Shown: piece by piece, positions 1-7,318 of the stretch
How positions within the stretch are numbered: the stretch's first letter is position 1
How the letters are laid out: every line of letters begins with the position of its first letter
Assembly (NCBI GenBank): GCA_964622775.1
Contig: CAZUSO010000004.1
Span: forward strand, 520-64,519
DNA length: 64,000 nucleotides
Origin: an uncultured Taibaiella sp.
Lineage (GTDB): Bacteria; Bacteroidota; Bacteroidia; Chitinophagales; Chitinophagaceae
Direction: 5' to 3'
Program-made: the position numbers and the translations under genes
Notes under the pieces: model-generated
Seen by the model: only the letters and a program-made list of their open reading frames with translations
What the model was told of the DNA's origin: nothing
Databases searched by the model: none

Positions 1-244
1 CGGGCAAGTTGGACAAAGTAAAGGCTCCTAATCCTGGTCCCGACTCAAAATTTTCCCCGAAAATCGTATCCAAAGCAGAATACACAATATTCAGGTTCAC
101 ACTTTCCCCGATACAGATGGTATCGGCAGATGCCGTAACATTCGGTTGCGGAATGGTACATTGCGCATGAACCCGGTTCAGGCCTATGCCCATCAGGAAA
201 AATAAAGACGCAATGTAAGACAGTGAAAAGTAAAGTTTTTTCAT
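1..244 (-). CDS. hypothetical secreted protein, N-terminal fragment (gene runs off the window start)
   Basis: A reverse-strand ATG at 244..242 opens MKKLYFSLSYIASLFFLMGIGLNRVHAQCTIPQPNVTASADTICIGESV..., which is signal-peptide-like. The frame stays open to position 1. Confidence 0.55.
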   Translation of the reverse strand, partial: MKKLYFSLSYIASLFFLMGIGLNRVHAQCTIPQPNVTASADTICIGESVNLNIVYSALDTIFGENFESGPGLGAFTLSNLP

Positions 245-718
245 CATTCAGTCGCAGTTGTAAATTTGATTAATACGCTATATTTAAAAACAGAAAGCCT
301 TTCACCCACATGATAAGGTAGCGGGTAAAAATGCCCTACAATATTAATTTATTTCGTGGTTAATCCAATAACAAAATGCATTTTTTTTATTCTATTGCAA
401 GATTGAGCATATTAATAAATAAATAAACTTATAATTTTTTCATATTAAATATGGTATGGCAATGACTGTTATTATCAACAAAAGGTTGGGTATTGCTGTC
501 AGTATCACAAAATCACAGAAATCGTCCATTTAGGGGAACCTGCACACTGATAAAATTGTGCATCCTGGAGAGGTTTTACAGCCAATTTTTTACCTGATAC
601 CTGGTATATTTTTCTATCGCCGGCTATAAAAATTGAGTGATGAGTTTGACATACTATAGCTTTTTAGGTTTAGGTATCATTATGCCTTTATGCCGGATCC
701 CGGTATTGCCAAATTTAT

Positions 719-919
719 CAATCGGAGATTGCTCCAGGCGAAAATGCTGATCAAATTACTGTGTAATTTGGAGCAGGGCAATTTTAATGGAGTGAAGCAT
801 TAAAAATCGGCGAAACCAAATCTCCCAGGCGATGTGAAGTATGTTGACGTTATCGTAAATGCAATCGGAGATTGGCCCATGCAGAAATTCTAATCAAATT
901 GCTTTGCAGTTTGTAATTT
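719..919. repeat. degenerate direct-repeat family (long copies 719-769 and 862-919, partial copy about 805-836)
   Basis: By hand alignment the two long copies match at 40 of 51 ungapped positions, starting with caatcggagattg. The middle copy shares aatcgg...ctcccaggcga. Confidence 0.7.
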
Positions 920-1107
920 CTTTGAACGTAATGACGATTTGATTATCAATATTTTAGCAACCAGTCATTGACAGGCATGAAGCAATCCAGGAAGCAGCAA
1001 TCGTATTGAGGTCTTCGTGATGCTCAAACGGCCAGGAGATTAATGATGTCATATTTTGCCGCACAGACAGTCTCATTGGTATGGCAGTAAGGGGATGCAC
1101 CCAGTCC

Positions 1108-1205
1108 AAACTATGATGATAATGGATGGATATGCTATGATTTTTATATTATGATTTTTGCTGCAACGAAATTTTCCTGCTACTTCATTATCATAATCAT
1201 AGTTT
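1108..1205. repeat. imperfect inverted repeat (arms 1108-1124 and 1186-1205)
   Basis: aaactatgatgataatg faces cattatcataatcatagttt, and the right arm has a 3-nt bulge. The 61-nt AT-rich interior holds the tandem tatgattttt x2. Confidence 0.6.
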
Positions 1206-1219
1206 AAACTTTTACGCAT

Positions 1220-1248
1220 GAAAAAGCCGCATCGTACAGATGCGGCTC
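1220..1248 (-). terminator. intrinsic terminator downstream of rpsG
   Basis: An 8-bp stem agccgcat/atgcggct (1225-1232 / 1240-1247) is followed on the minus strand by a U-run (plus-strand aaaaa, 1221-1225). Confidence 0.8.
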
Positions 1249-1269
1249 ATATTTCAGTTATATATTCTT

Positions 1270-1737
1270 TTAGATTCTGAAGTGAGCAAATGCTTTGTTA
1301 GCATCTGCCATACGGTGGGTATCTTCTTTCTTTTTGAAAGCAGCACCTTCACCTTTACTGGCTGCAACAATCTCGTTGGCCAACTTGTCTGCCATAGTCT
1401 TTCCATTGCGTTCGCGGCTGTAGCGAATCAGCCATTTCATGCTTAAAGAAACCTTACGGTCGGCACGTACTTCGGCAGGAATCTGGAAGGTAGCGCCACC
1501 GATACGACGACTTCGTACTTCCACGGAAGGGGTTACATTTTGCAACGCTTTCTTCCACACTTCGTATCCGTCATCGCCGGCAATTTGGGTTACTTTATCC
1601 AGAGCGGTATAAAAGATATTGAAAGCCGTAGTCTTTTTGCCTGCCCACATCATCGTATTTACAAAACGGGTAACCTGCTTATCGTTAAACTTTGGATCCG
1701 GAGCCAAAGGTAATTTTTTAGCTTGCGCTTTTCTCAT
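1270..1737 (-). CDS. rpsG: 30S ribosomal protein S7
   Basis: The 155 aa product is an S7 family sequence throughout: [19 protein letters not shown]...[15 protein letters not shown]...[20 protein letters not shown]. Confidence 0.97.
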   Translation of the reverse strand: MRKAQAKKLPLAPDPKFNDKQVTRFVNTMMWAGKKTTAFNIFYTALDKVTQIAGDDGYEVWKKALQNVTPSVEVRSRRIGGATFQIPAEVRADRKVSLSMKWLIRYSRERNGKTMADKLANEIVAASKGEGAAFKKKEDTHRMADANKAFAHFRI

Positions 1738-1767
1738 TGCGAGTATGTATTAAAATCTTATTAGTGA

Positions 1768-2148
1768 TTATTTCTTAGCTTTTTCTTTTTTGGTACCGTA
1801 CTTGGAACGGCTTTGCTTACGATCCTTCACGCCGGCAGTATCCAAAGCGCCGCGCACGATGTGATAACGTACGCCGGGTAAATCTTTTACCCGGCCGCCG
1901 CGAATCAGCACAATACTGTGCTCCTGCAGGTTATGGCCTTCACCGGGTATGTAAGCGATCACTTCTAACTTGTTAGTCAAACGTACTTTGGCAACTTTAC
2001 GCAGGGCGGAATTAGGCTTTTTGGGTGTAGTGGTATAAACACGGGTACACACGCCACGACGCTGTGGACATTCATCCAATGCGGGTGATTTGGATTTTGC
2101 TTTTATTACGTTACGTCCTTTACGTACTAACTGTTGAATAGTAGGCAT
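1768..2148 (-). CDS. rpsL: 30S ribosomal protein S12
   Basis: The 126 aa product reads [12 protein letters not shown]...[18 protein letters not shown]...[25 protein letters not shown]. Confidence 0.98.
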   Translation of the reverse strand: MPTIQQLVRKGRNVIKAKSKSPALDECPQRRGVCTRVYTTTPKKPNSALRKVAKVRLTNKLEVIAYIPGEGHNLQEHSIVLIRGGRVKDLPGVRYHIVRGALDTAGVKDRKQSRSKYGTKKEKAKK

Positions 2149-2176
2149 TCTTTCGCTTTAAAATTTTTAAGGACTG

Positions 2177-2184
2177 CAAAGGTA
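2177..2184 (-). promoter_or_regulatory. Bacteroidota -7 promoter box (TACCTTTG) for rpsL
   Basis: The reverse complement of caaaggta is TAccTTTG. It lies 28 nt upstream of the rpsL ATG, and the same ctgcaaaggta context recurs upstream of tRNA-Ser and the SurA-like gene. Confidence 0.5.
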
Positions 2185-2344
2185 AATCCCTTTTTTATTC
2201 TAAACAAAAATATTTTTGAATAAATCAGGAATTTATCTAATTCAAATCATTATTGTCCGACAACACCCTAATTCAGCCATTTTTCTAAGCTGAAAGCATT
2301 GATTCTATTGCATTGTTGATTCTTACATCAAAAGCAGGGGGCTA

Positions 2345-3250
2345 TGCCGAGCTAAATAAGCCTGGCGCAGCCTTTCTGGATTTTCGTGGCTGCTGGTAAT
2401 ATTTGAGCAATGCAGCAATGCCGATATAATTGAACAAGTGCTGCCTTAGCACCATCACAAATATGCTGAACGCCATTTTAGATTATGCTGATGATGAATG
2501 GCAGACAGTAGCAATAAGGCAATCAGTGCACACTATATCTGTATCTCAATAGCATTTTGATTATCGCCCACAAAGTATTGCAAGGAGAAGTTTTGCTTCA
2601 GCTTCTTGAAAAACAGTTCAATTTTCTACCTGTATTTGTACAGCAAGGCTATAGTAGCTGCATCCAGCTCAAAAATATTGCTGATGGACCCAAAGCTGCG
2701 CTGCTTTTCCTCATCCGACCAGGCTGTGCGCCGCAGGTGCAGGGTTTGCTGGTTGCCGTTTGTATCTTTATACGTTTGCACTATCACCGCTTCTTTGAGC
2801 ATATTATCGGGAGCGCTGTCATCATGCAGGCACTCTGCTACATCGGTGAAGACAGCATTGTCTTCCCGGCGTGTGATAAAGTAGATACCGGCCTGTCCCA
2901 ATGCGGCAAACTGTGCGTAATTATTGTATCCTTTGTCAAAGGCAATACAGGAGCCGGCAGGCTCAGCTTTTTGTAAATACGCTGGTCGCTGCCTGCCGCG
3001 GCATCAAACTGCAGGAATGAAGGCATCCGCGAAGCGGCTTCTATTACCGTATTTTTCTTAATACCACCTTTCTTTTCACAGTTGGCAGCATCCCTTCCTG
3101 TGGTTTTGAGTATGGCTTTAAATAGCCCGAAAACAATGGCATCCAGCTATACGGCATGTGGCCTTTTCTGAACTAAAGGAGCAGGATAGTGATATCTTTC
3201 GTAAGATAGCTGGTCAGGCTCACTAATACTGAGGTTGATGGTACGCATCT
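2345..3250 (-). pseudogene. IS4-family (DDE) transposase relic with multiple frameshifts, an in-frame stop and an internal deletion
   Basis: Minus-strand frames read KKGGIKKNTVIEAASRMPSF, AFDKGYNNYAQFAALGQAGIYFITRREDNAVF and ALLYKYR(TAG)KIELFFKKLKQNF, where homologs carry W in YRWxIELFFK. The C-terminal relic is SIFVMVLRQHLFNYIGIAALL. The total is much shorter than an intact IS4 transposase. Confidence 0.75.
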
Positions 3251-3445
3251 TACAAAGGTTTTATAAAGATGCCTATCTTTTTCTTATTATCAGGAACGCA
3301 CTATTTTACATCGCTTAAAAAATAATAAAAGGGTAGATTTTCGATTGCACAATTTAATCCCGTGAGCAGAATAAACAGGGAATCTTTTCTGTTATAGTGA
3401 TATGCTATGGTGAAAATGATTAAGCATGAATTAACGGATTACCTC

Positions 3446-3490
3446 CAAAATAAAAACAGGAGAAGTGATGATTATATCACTTCTCCTGTT
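3446..3490 (-). terminator. intrinsic terminator downstream of the tRNA-Ser/tRNA-Pro pair
   Basis: A perfect 14-bp stem acaggagaagtgat/atcacttctcctgt (3456-3469 / 3476-3489) is followed by a U-rich tract on the minus strand (plus-strand aaaataaaaa). It starts 4 nt after the tRNA-Pro 3' end. Confidence 0.85.
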
Positions 3491-3493
3491 AAG

Positions 3494-3567
3494 TAGGGAA
3501 GACAGGATTCGAACCTGCGACCCCCTGGTCCCAAACCAGGTGCGCTAACCGGACTGCGCCACTTCCC
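3494..3567 (-). tRNA. tRNA-Pro (anticodon TGG)
   Basis: The hand-folded 74-nt cloverleaf is GGGAAGT..CCTGG-TTTGGGA-CCAGG..GCAGGTTCGAATCCTGT-CTTCCCT-A. Confidence 0.92.
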
Positions 3568-3615
3568 TAAACTGAGGCGAACAACCGTTATTTTTTGGGG
3601 GAATAACAGCCTCCG

Positions 3616-3704
3616 CGGTGAGGGCGGGATTCGAACCCGCGGTACAGTTTAACCCGTACGGCAGTTTAGCAAACTACTGATTTCAGCCACTCATCCACCT
3701 CACC
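3616..3704 (-). tRNA. tRNA-Ser (anticodon GCT), type II with a long variable arm
   Basis: The acceptor is GGTGAGG/CCTCACC, the anticodon arm GTAGT-TTGCTAA-ACTGC, the variable-arm stem GTAC..GTAC and the T arm GCGGGTTCGAATCCCGC. Confidence 0.9.
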
Positions 3705-3754
3705 ATTTCAAACCACAGGCTGGCATAACATATACCCTGCTTATTGAATGGCTG

Positions 3755-3762
3755 CAAAGGTA
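3755..3762 (-). promoter_or_regulatory. Bacteroidota -7 promoter box (TACCTTTG) upstream of tRNA-Ser
   Basis: The plus-strand caaaggta lies about 50 nt upstream of the tRNA-Ser 5' end. Confidence 0.45.
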
Positions 3763-3802
3763 AAAAATGTTTTCAAAAAAATGTCAGAAGCCCGATATAT
3801 TT

Positions 3803-5263
3803 TTACATTGCAGCTAACTGTACTTTTTGCTGCAATTCCAGGAACCGTTCCCGGTAAGTCGGGTCGGTATGCAACAGGTCTTCCACTTTCTGACACGAGT
3901 GAATAACGGTAGTGTGGTCTTTACCGGAAAAATGTTCTCCGATAGATTTCAAAGAATTTTTAGTGAATTTTTTCGCAAGATACATCGTAATCTGCCGCGC
4001 CTCCACAATGGGCTGCTTCCGGTTTTTAGCCAGTAAAGCATCGTAGGGAATACCGAAAAACTTGCAGACCATTTGCTGGATATCTTCAATATTAAGCTCT
4101 TTGTAAGATGCCTTTATAAAATTTTTCAACACCCGCCTGGCCAGTTCGATATCAATCTCTTTTTTATTGAGCGTAGCCTGGGCAAACAGGGAAATAAATG
4201 CCCCTTCCAGATCGCGGATATTACTTTGAATATTATACGCTACATATTGCACCACGTCTTCCGGAACCGCAAGGCCTTCATTGTGCATCTTCATTTCCAG
4301 GATAGCTTTCCGGGTATCGTAATCAGGCGCTAACATTTCCGCAGTCAACCCCCAGCGGAAGCGGCTGAGCAGGCGGTCATTCATCCCTTCCAGATCCTTA
4401 GGAGCGGTGTCGCTGGTCAGGATGATCTGTTTCCCGTTTTGCTGTAAATGACTGAAAATGGCATAAAAAGCATCCTGTGTTTTGGGCGCAGTTACGAATA
4501 AGTGGATATCGTCAAGCAACAAGACATCAATGAGCTGGTAGAAATGGATGAAGTCGTTGATCTGTTTGTTTTGGGAATGATCAATAAACTGGTTGATGAA
4601 TTTTTCGCCGCTTACGTACAGTACCGATTTGTTGGGATGCTGACGGCGCACTTCGTTGCCGACCGCCTGTACTAAATGCGTTTTCCCCCATCCGGTTCCT
4701 CCGAATATCATCATCGGATTAAATGAAGTGGTGCCGGGCTTTTGAGCCACATGTATGCCGGCGGTTCGCGCCAGCCGGTTACATTCTCCTTCAATAAAGT
4801 TGTCAAATGTAAGGTTGGGATTAAGCTGCGGATCAATTTGCATCCGTTTCATTCCCGGAATGATAAAGGGATTGGCAAATTCACGCGGATCATCCACCTT
4901 CAGCGGCATATCTACAAAATTATCTCTGGAAGGTTTCGCCTGCGTGTTTCCTTTTATATCAATAGTAGCCGGCTTTTTGCCGGAGTCCATCTGGATACGG
5001 TATTCCAGGCGGGCATCGCGCCCGATCACTCTCCGGATGGTCTTGCCGATCAGCTCCACATAATGTTCTTCTAACCATTCGTAAAAAAACTGGCTGGGCA
5101 CTTGTATAGTAAGTACATTGTTCTTGCAGTCAACAGCTTTAATCGGAGCAAACCAGGTATTGAATTGTTGCCAGCTCACATTGTCTTTAATGATAGCAAG
5201 GCAACGATTCCACGATTCGTGTGCATCAGAGTTAGTAGAGGAAGCGTGCTGGGTTGAAATCAT
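3803..5263 (-). CDS. dnaA: chromosomal replication initiator protein DnaA
   Basis: The 486 aa product has the AAA+ Walker A GGTGWGKTHL, the DnaA N-terminal domain (WNRCLAIIKDNVSWQQFNTWF) and the C-terminal DNA-binding domain (ITMYLAKKFTKNSLKSIGEHFSGKDHTTVIHSCQKV). Confidence 0.97.
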   Translation of the reverse strand: MISTQHASSTNSDAHESWNRCLAIIKDNVSWQQFNTWFAPIKAVDCKNNVLTIQVPSQFFYEWLEEHYVELIGKTIRRVIGRDARLEYRIQMDSGKKPATIDIKGNTQAKPSRDNFVDMPLKVDDPREFANPFIIPGMKRMQIDPQLNPNLTFDNFIEGECNRLARTAGIHVAQKPGTTSFNPMMIFGGTGWGKTHLVQAVGNEVRRQHPNKSVLYVSGEKFINQFIDHSQNKQINDFIHFYQLIDVLLLDDIHLFVTAPKTQDAFYAIFSHLQQNGKQIILTSDTAPKDLEGMNDRLLSRFRWGLTAEMLAPDYDTRKAILEMKMHNEGLAVPEDVVQYVAYNIQSNIRDLEGAFISLFAQATLNKKEIDIELARRVLKNFIKASYKELNIEDIQQMVCKFFGIPYDALLAKNRKQPIVEARQITMYLAKKFTKNSLKSIGEHFSGKDHTTVIHSCQKVEDLLHTDPTYRERFLELQQKVQLAAM

Positions 5264-5557
5264 TGCAAATATAAAAATACTATTGGTTCGTTTTAATACG
5301 GTTTACTTTTTAGTGTTGACGAAAATGCTATCGGAAACATTCATGTTTCATTATTTCCGGCATATACCCTACAGCCATTTTTTCTTTAATTCCTGCTGTT
5401 CAATTCCTGGAGGTATCATTTTTAACCAGAGGCTAAAAAGATATTTTTACAGCATACTCGTCTTATATTTTCCTGAAAAATAGCAGATTCATTTTCACTA
5501 AAACAACAAAACGAAATTCCAACATTTTGTTGAAAAAAAAAAATTAATCGCTGTTGT

Positions 5558-6478
5558 TTATTTACCAATTATTACAGTGTTGGATTTGGTGAGTTTGGCA
5601 TTTTTTTTGGTGTCGAAAATAAAATCAAGTCTTCCTAATCGTAAGCCTGCCCAACCCACCTGATTAATTAAAACTTCCTTCCCGGCTTTATTTTTATGCA
5701 CTACCGGCTCCTCCAAAAAAGTATGGGTATGGCCGCCGATAATCAGGTCGATGTTTTCAGTTTCTGAAGCCAGCACTCTATCACTGACCTTTTTCCCTGC
5801 ATATTCAAAGCCTAAATGAGAAAGACAGATGATCATGTCGCATTTCTTTTTATGCTTTAATAATGTACTGAGCGCTCTTGCCTTTTCAATCGGATCCAAA
5901 TACCTGGTATCCCCATAAGCTGACTGAGGCACCAGGCCGTACAACGCAATCCCCAGGCCAAAGACGCCAATACTTACGCTGCCTTTCCTGAATATCTTAT
6001 ACGCACTGGTCTTGCCGGCTAATGCGGTTTCGGAAAAATCATAATTCGCTGTCAGGAAAGGGAAGTTGGCATGAGGGAGCTGTTTCAGGAACCCTTCTGT
6101 TCCGGCATCAAAATCGTGGTTGCCCATCGTGGCTGCATCGTATTGCATCAGGCTCATGGCTTTGATTTCCGGCTCTCCTTTGAACATATTGAAATAGGGC
6201 GTGCCCTGGAATATGTCGCCGGCATCGAATAGCAATACATTCTTTTCCGTTTTTCGGATTGACCGGATCAATGTGGCTCGGGCTTCCACCCCACCCTGAC
6301 CGGGGTATTTTTTATCGGTCACGGGAAAAGGATCTAACCAGCTATGGGTATCGTTGGTATGTAAAATCGTGAGCCGCTCCGATTCCGCTGCCAGCGCATC
6401 GAACGGGAACTGTCCCAGCGCCAGCAATGAGCCGCCCATTAAGGATTGCTTCAAAAACTTTCTTCGGTTAATCGGCAT
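5558..6478 (-). CDS. metallophosphatase (5'-nucleotidase N-terminal catalytic domain family) with a Tat-like signal
   Basis: The motifs HTNDTHS, GDIFQG, GNHDFD and GGHTH are present, along with the RRKFLK twin-arginine N-terminus. Confidence 0.85.
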   Translation of the reverse strand: MPINRRKFLKQSLMGGSLLALGQFPFDALAAESERLTILHTNDTHSWLDPFPVTDKKYPGQGGVEARATLIRSIRKTEKNVLLFDAGDIFQGTPYFNMFKGEPEIKAMSLMQYDAATMGNHDFDAGTEGFLKQLPHANFPFLTANYDFSETALAGKTSAYKIFRKGSVSIGVFGLGIALYGLVPQSAYGDTRYLDPIEKARALSTLLKHKKKCDMIICLSHLGFEYAGKKVSDRVLASETENIDLIIGGHTHTFLEEPVVHKNKAGKEVLINQVGWAGLRLGRLDFIFDTKKNAKLTKSNTVIIGK

Positions 6479-7211
6479 AAGTGATTCTGTTTTGCAGTGA
6501 AATATTAACCTGCCGGTTATGTTGATTCAGATCTTCTATATACTCCATAATCGTATCGCGAATGAAAATGTTATACACCCTGCGCTTACAATCCCGCAAA
6601 AAATGGCAATTATCACCACCATTGGCTATATAATCAGAGATCACGGTTTTATAGATTAGCTGATCCTGAACAGGCTTTCCGTCTATTAAAATATGAGCAG
6701 CCTTTTTATCTTTAATCTGAAAAGTAATGCCGCTTACCGGCCAGCCGCCCCAGGCCGCTATATGATCGCAAAACTGCCTCATGATTTTGCCCGGAATCTC
6801 CACCACCAAAAGTTTATTATCAAAAGGCATTATCTGATAAATTATACCGCGGGTTATTACGCCGGGGCTTATATAAGGAATGCGAATTCCGCCGTAATTA
6901 CATACAGAAACCCTCACCGTGGAATCCAGTCTTTGCGCAGCAATCAACTGGGCATCAGCAACCAGGTTGCCCAGAGTACATTCCGGCTGCGCTTTGGACA
7001 AGGGTATTTTCGTGTAGCCGACAATCTGCTCCATCGCTTTTTGCTCCTGCTCCCGGTATGCCGTTAGCATTTTTTGCATGGCAGTATCTTTATCTAATGC
7101 AGAATCTATGGTATAGAGACCGGACTGGTAGCTGCTTACACTTTTCATGGGTGTGGAGCAACCGGCAAAACTCAGAATGAATAGTACGGACAATAATTTT
7201 AATACCTTCAT
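6468..7211 (-). CDS. 5'-nucleotidase C-terminal (substrate-binding) domain lipoprotein
   Basis: It has a lipobox (LSFAGCS) and a UshA C-domain-like sequence (GNLVADAQ..., ISDYIANGGD). It overlaps the downstream metallophosphatase gene by 11 nt. Confidence 0.75.
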   Translation of the reverse strand: MKVLKLLSVLFILSFAGCSTPMKSVSSYQSGLYTIDSALDKDTAMQKMLTAYREQEQKAMEQIVGYTKIPLSKAQPECTLGNLVADAQLIAAQRLDSTVRVSVCNYGGIRIPYISPGVITRGIIYQIMPFDNKLLVVEIPGKIMRQFCDHIAAWGGWPVSGITFQIKDKKAAHILIDGKPVQDQLIYKTVISDYIANGGDNCHFLRDCKRRVYNIFIRDTIMEYIEDLNQHNRQVNISLQNRITYAD

Positions 7212-7257
7212 AACCGGAATATTGTACTGTTTCGATTGTGGTAAATTTGAATGGGAT

Positions 7258-7265
7258 TAACTTTG
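7258..7265 (+). promoter_or_regulatory. Bacteroidota -7 promoter box (TAACTTTG) for murF/alr
   Basis: It is an exact TAnnTTTG match 53 nt upstream of the ATG at 7319. A second match, TAAATTTG, lies at 7242-7249. Confidence 0.4.
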
Positions 7266-7318
7266 CCAAATTACAAATACCTGCTTACAATTACAATTTC
7301 TGTTTTTCGGAATTTTCT

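Noticed and set aside
734-766. The segment ggc gaa aat gct ... gtg taa briefly looked like a tmRNA tag-coding region (tags that begin GEN...).
   Set aside because: There is no tRNA-Ala-like acceptor or T-arm nearby. The peptide does not end in the usual hydrophobic xAA tail. The segment is also part of the repeat family described under findings.
5264-5557. Possible oriC next to dnaA (also considered: the AT-rich tract at 340-470 in the rpsG-downstream spacer).
   Set aside because: Reading both strands, I found no cluster of TTATCCACA-like DnaA boxes. There are only isolated 1-2-mismatch hits, such as ttatcaaca at 471-479. dnaA-adjacent origins are also not the rule in Bacteroidota. A DnaA-box and GC-skew computation on the whole genome would be needed to settle this.
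5558-7211. A 5'-nucleotidase that looks split and domain-swapped, with the C-terminal-domain ORF encoded upstream of the catalytic-domain ORF. It was considered as a pseudogene or permuted fusion.
   Set aside because: Each ORF has its own ATG and its own export signal (lipobox and Tat-like RRKFLK). The 11-nt overlap is typical of coupled genes. This is consistent with a genuine two-gene arrangement and not decay.
7238-7318. N-terminal extensions in the ORF track for several genes: murF/alr 7238, scoA 11318, radical SAM 17087, T9SS cargo 25679, MaoC 29555, amidohydrolase 31557, hydrolase 33893, engB 40144, small membrane protein 43001, recN 43081, ribD 45736, yigZ 46795, purL 53152, mlaE 56288 and methyltransferase 62501.
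   Set aside because: The family N-termini begin at internal Met codons. In many cases an exact TAnnTTTG promoter box or a terminator hairpin lies inside the proposed extension.
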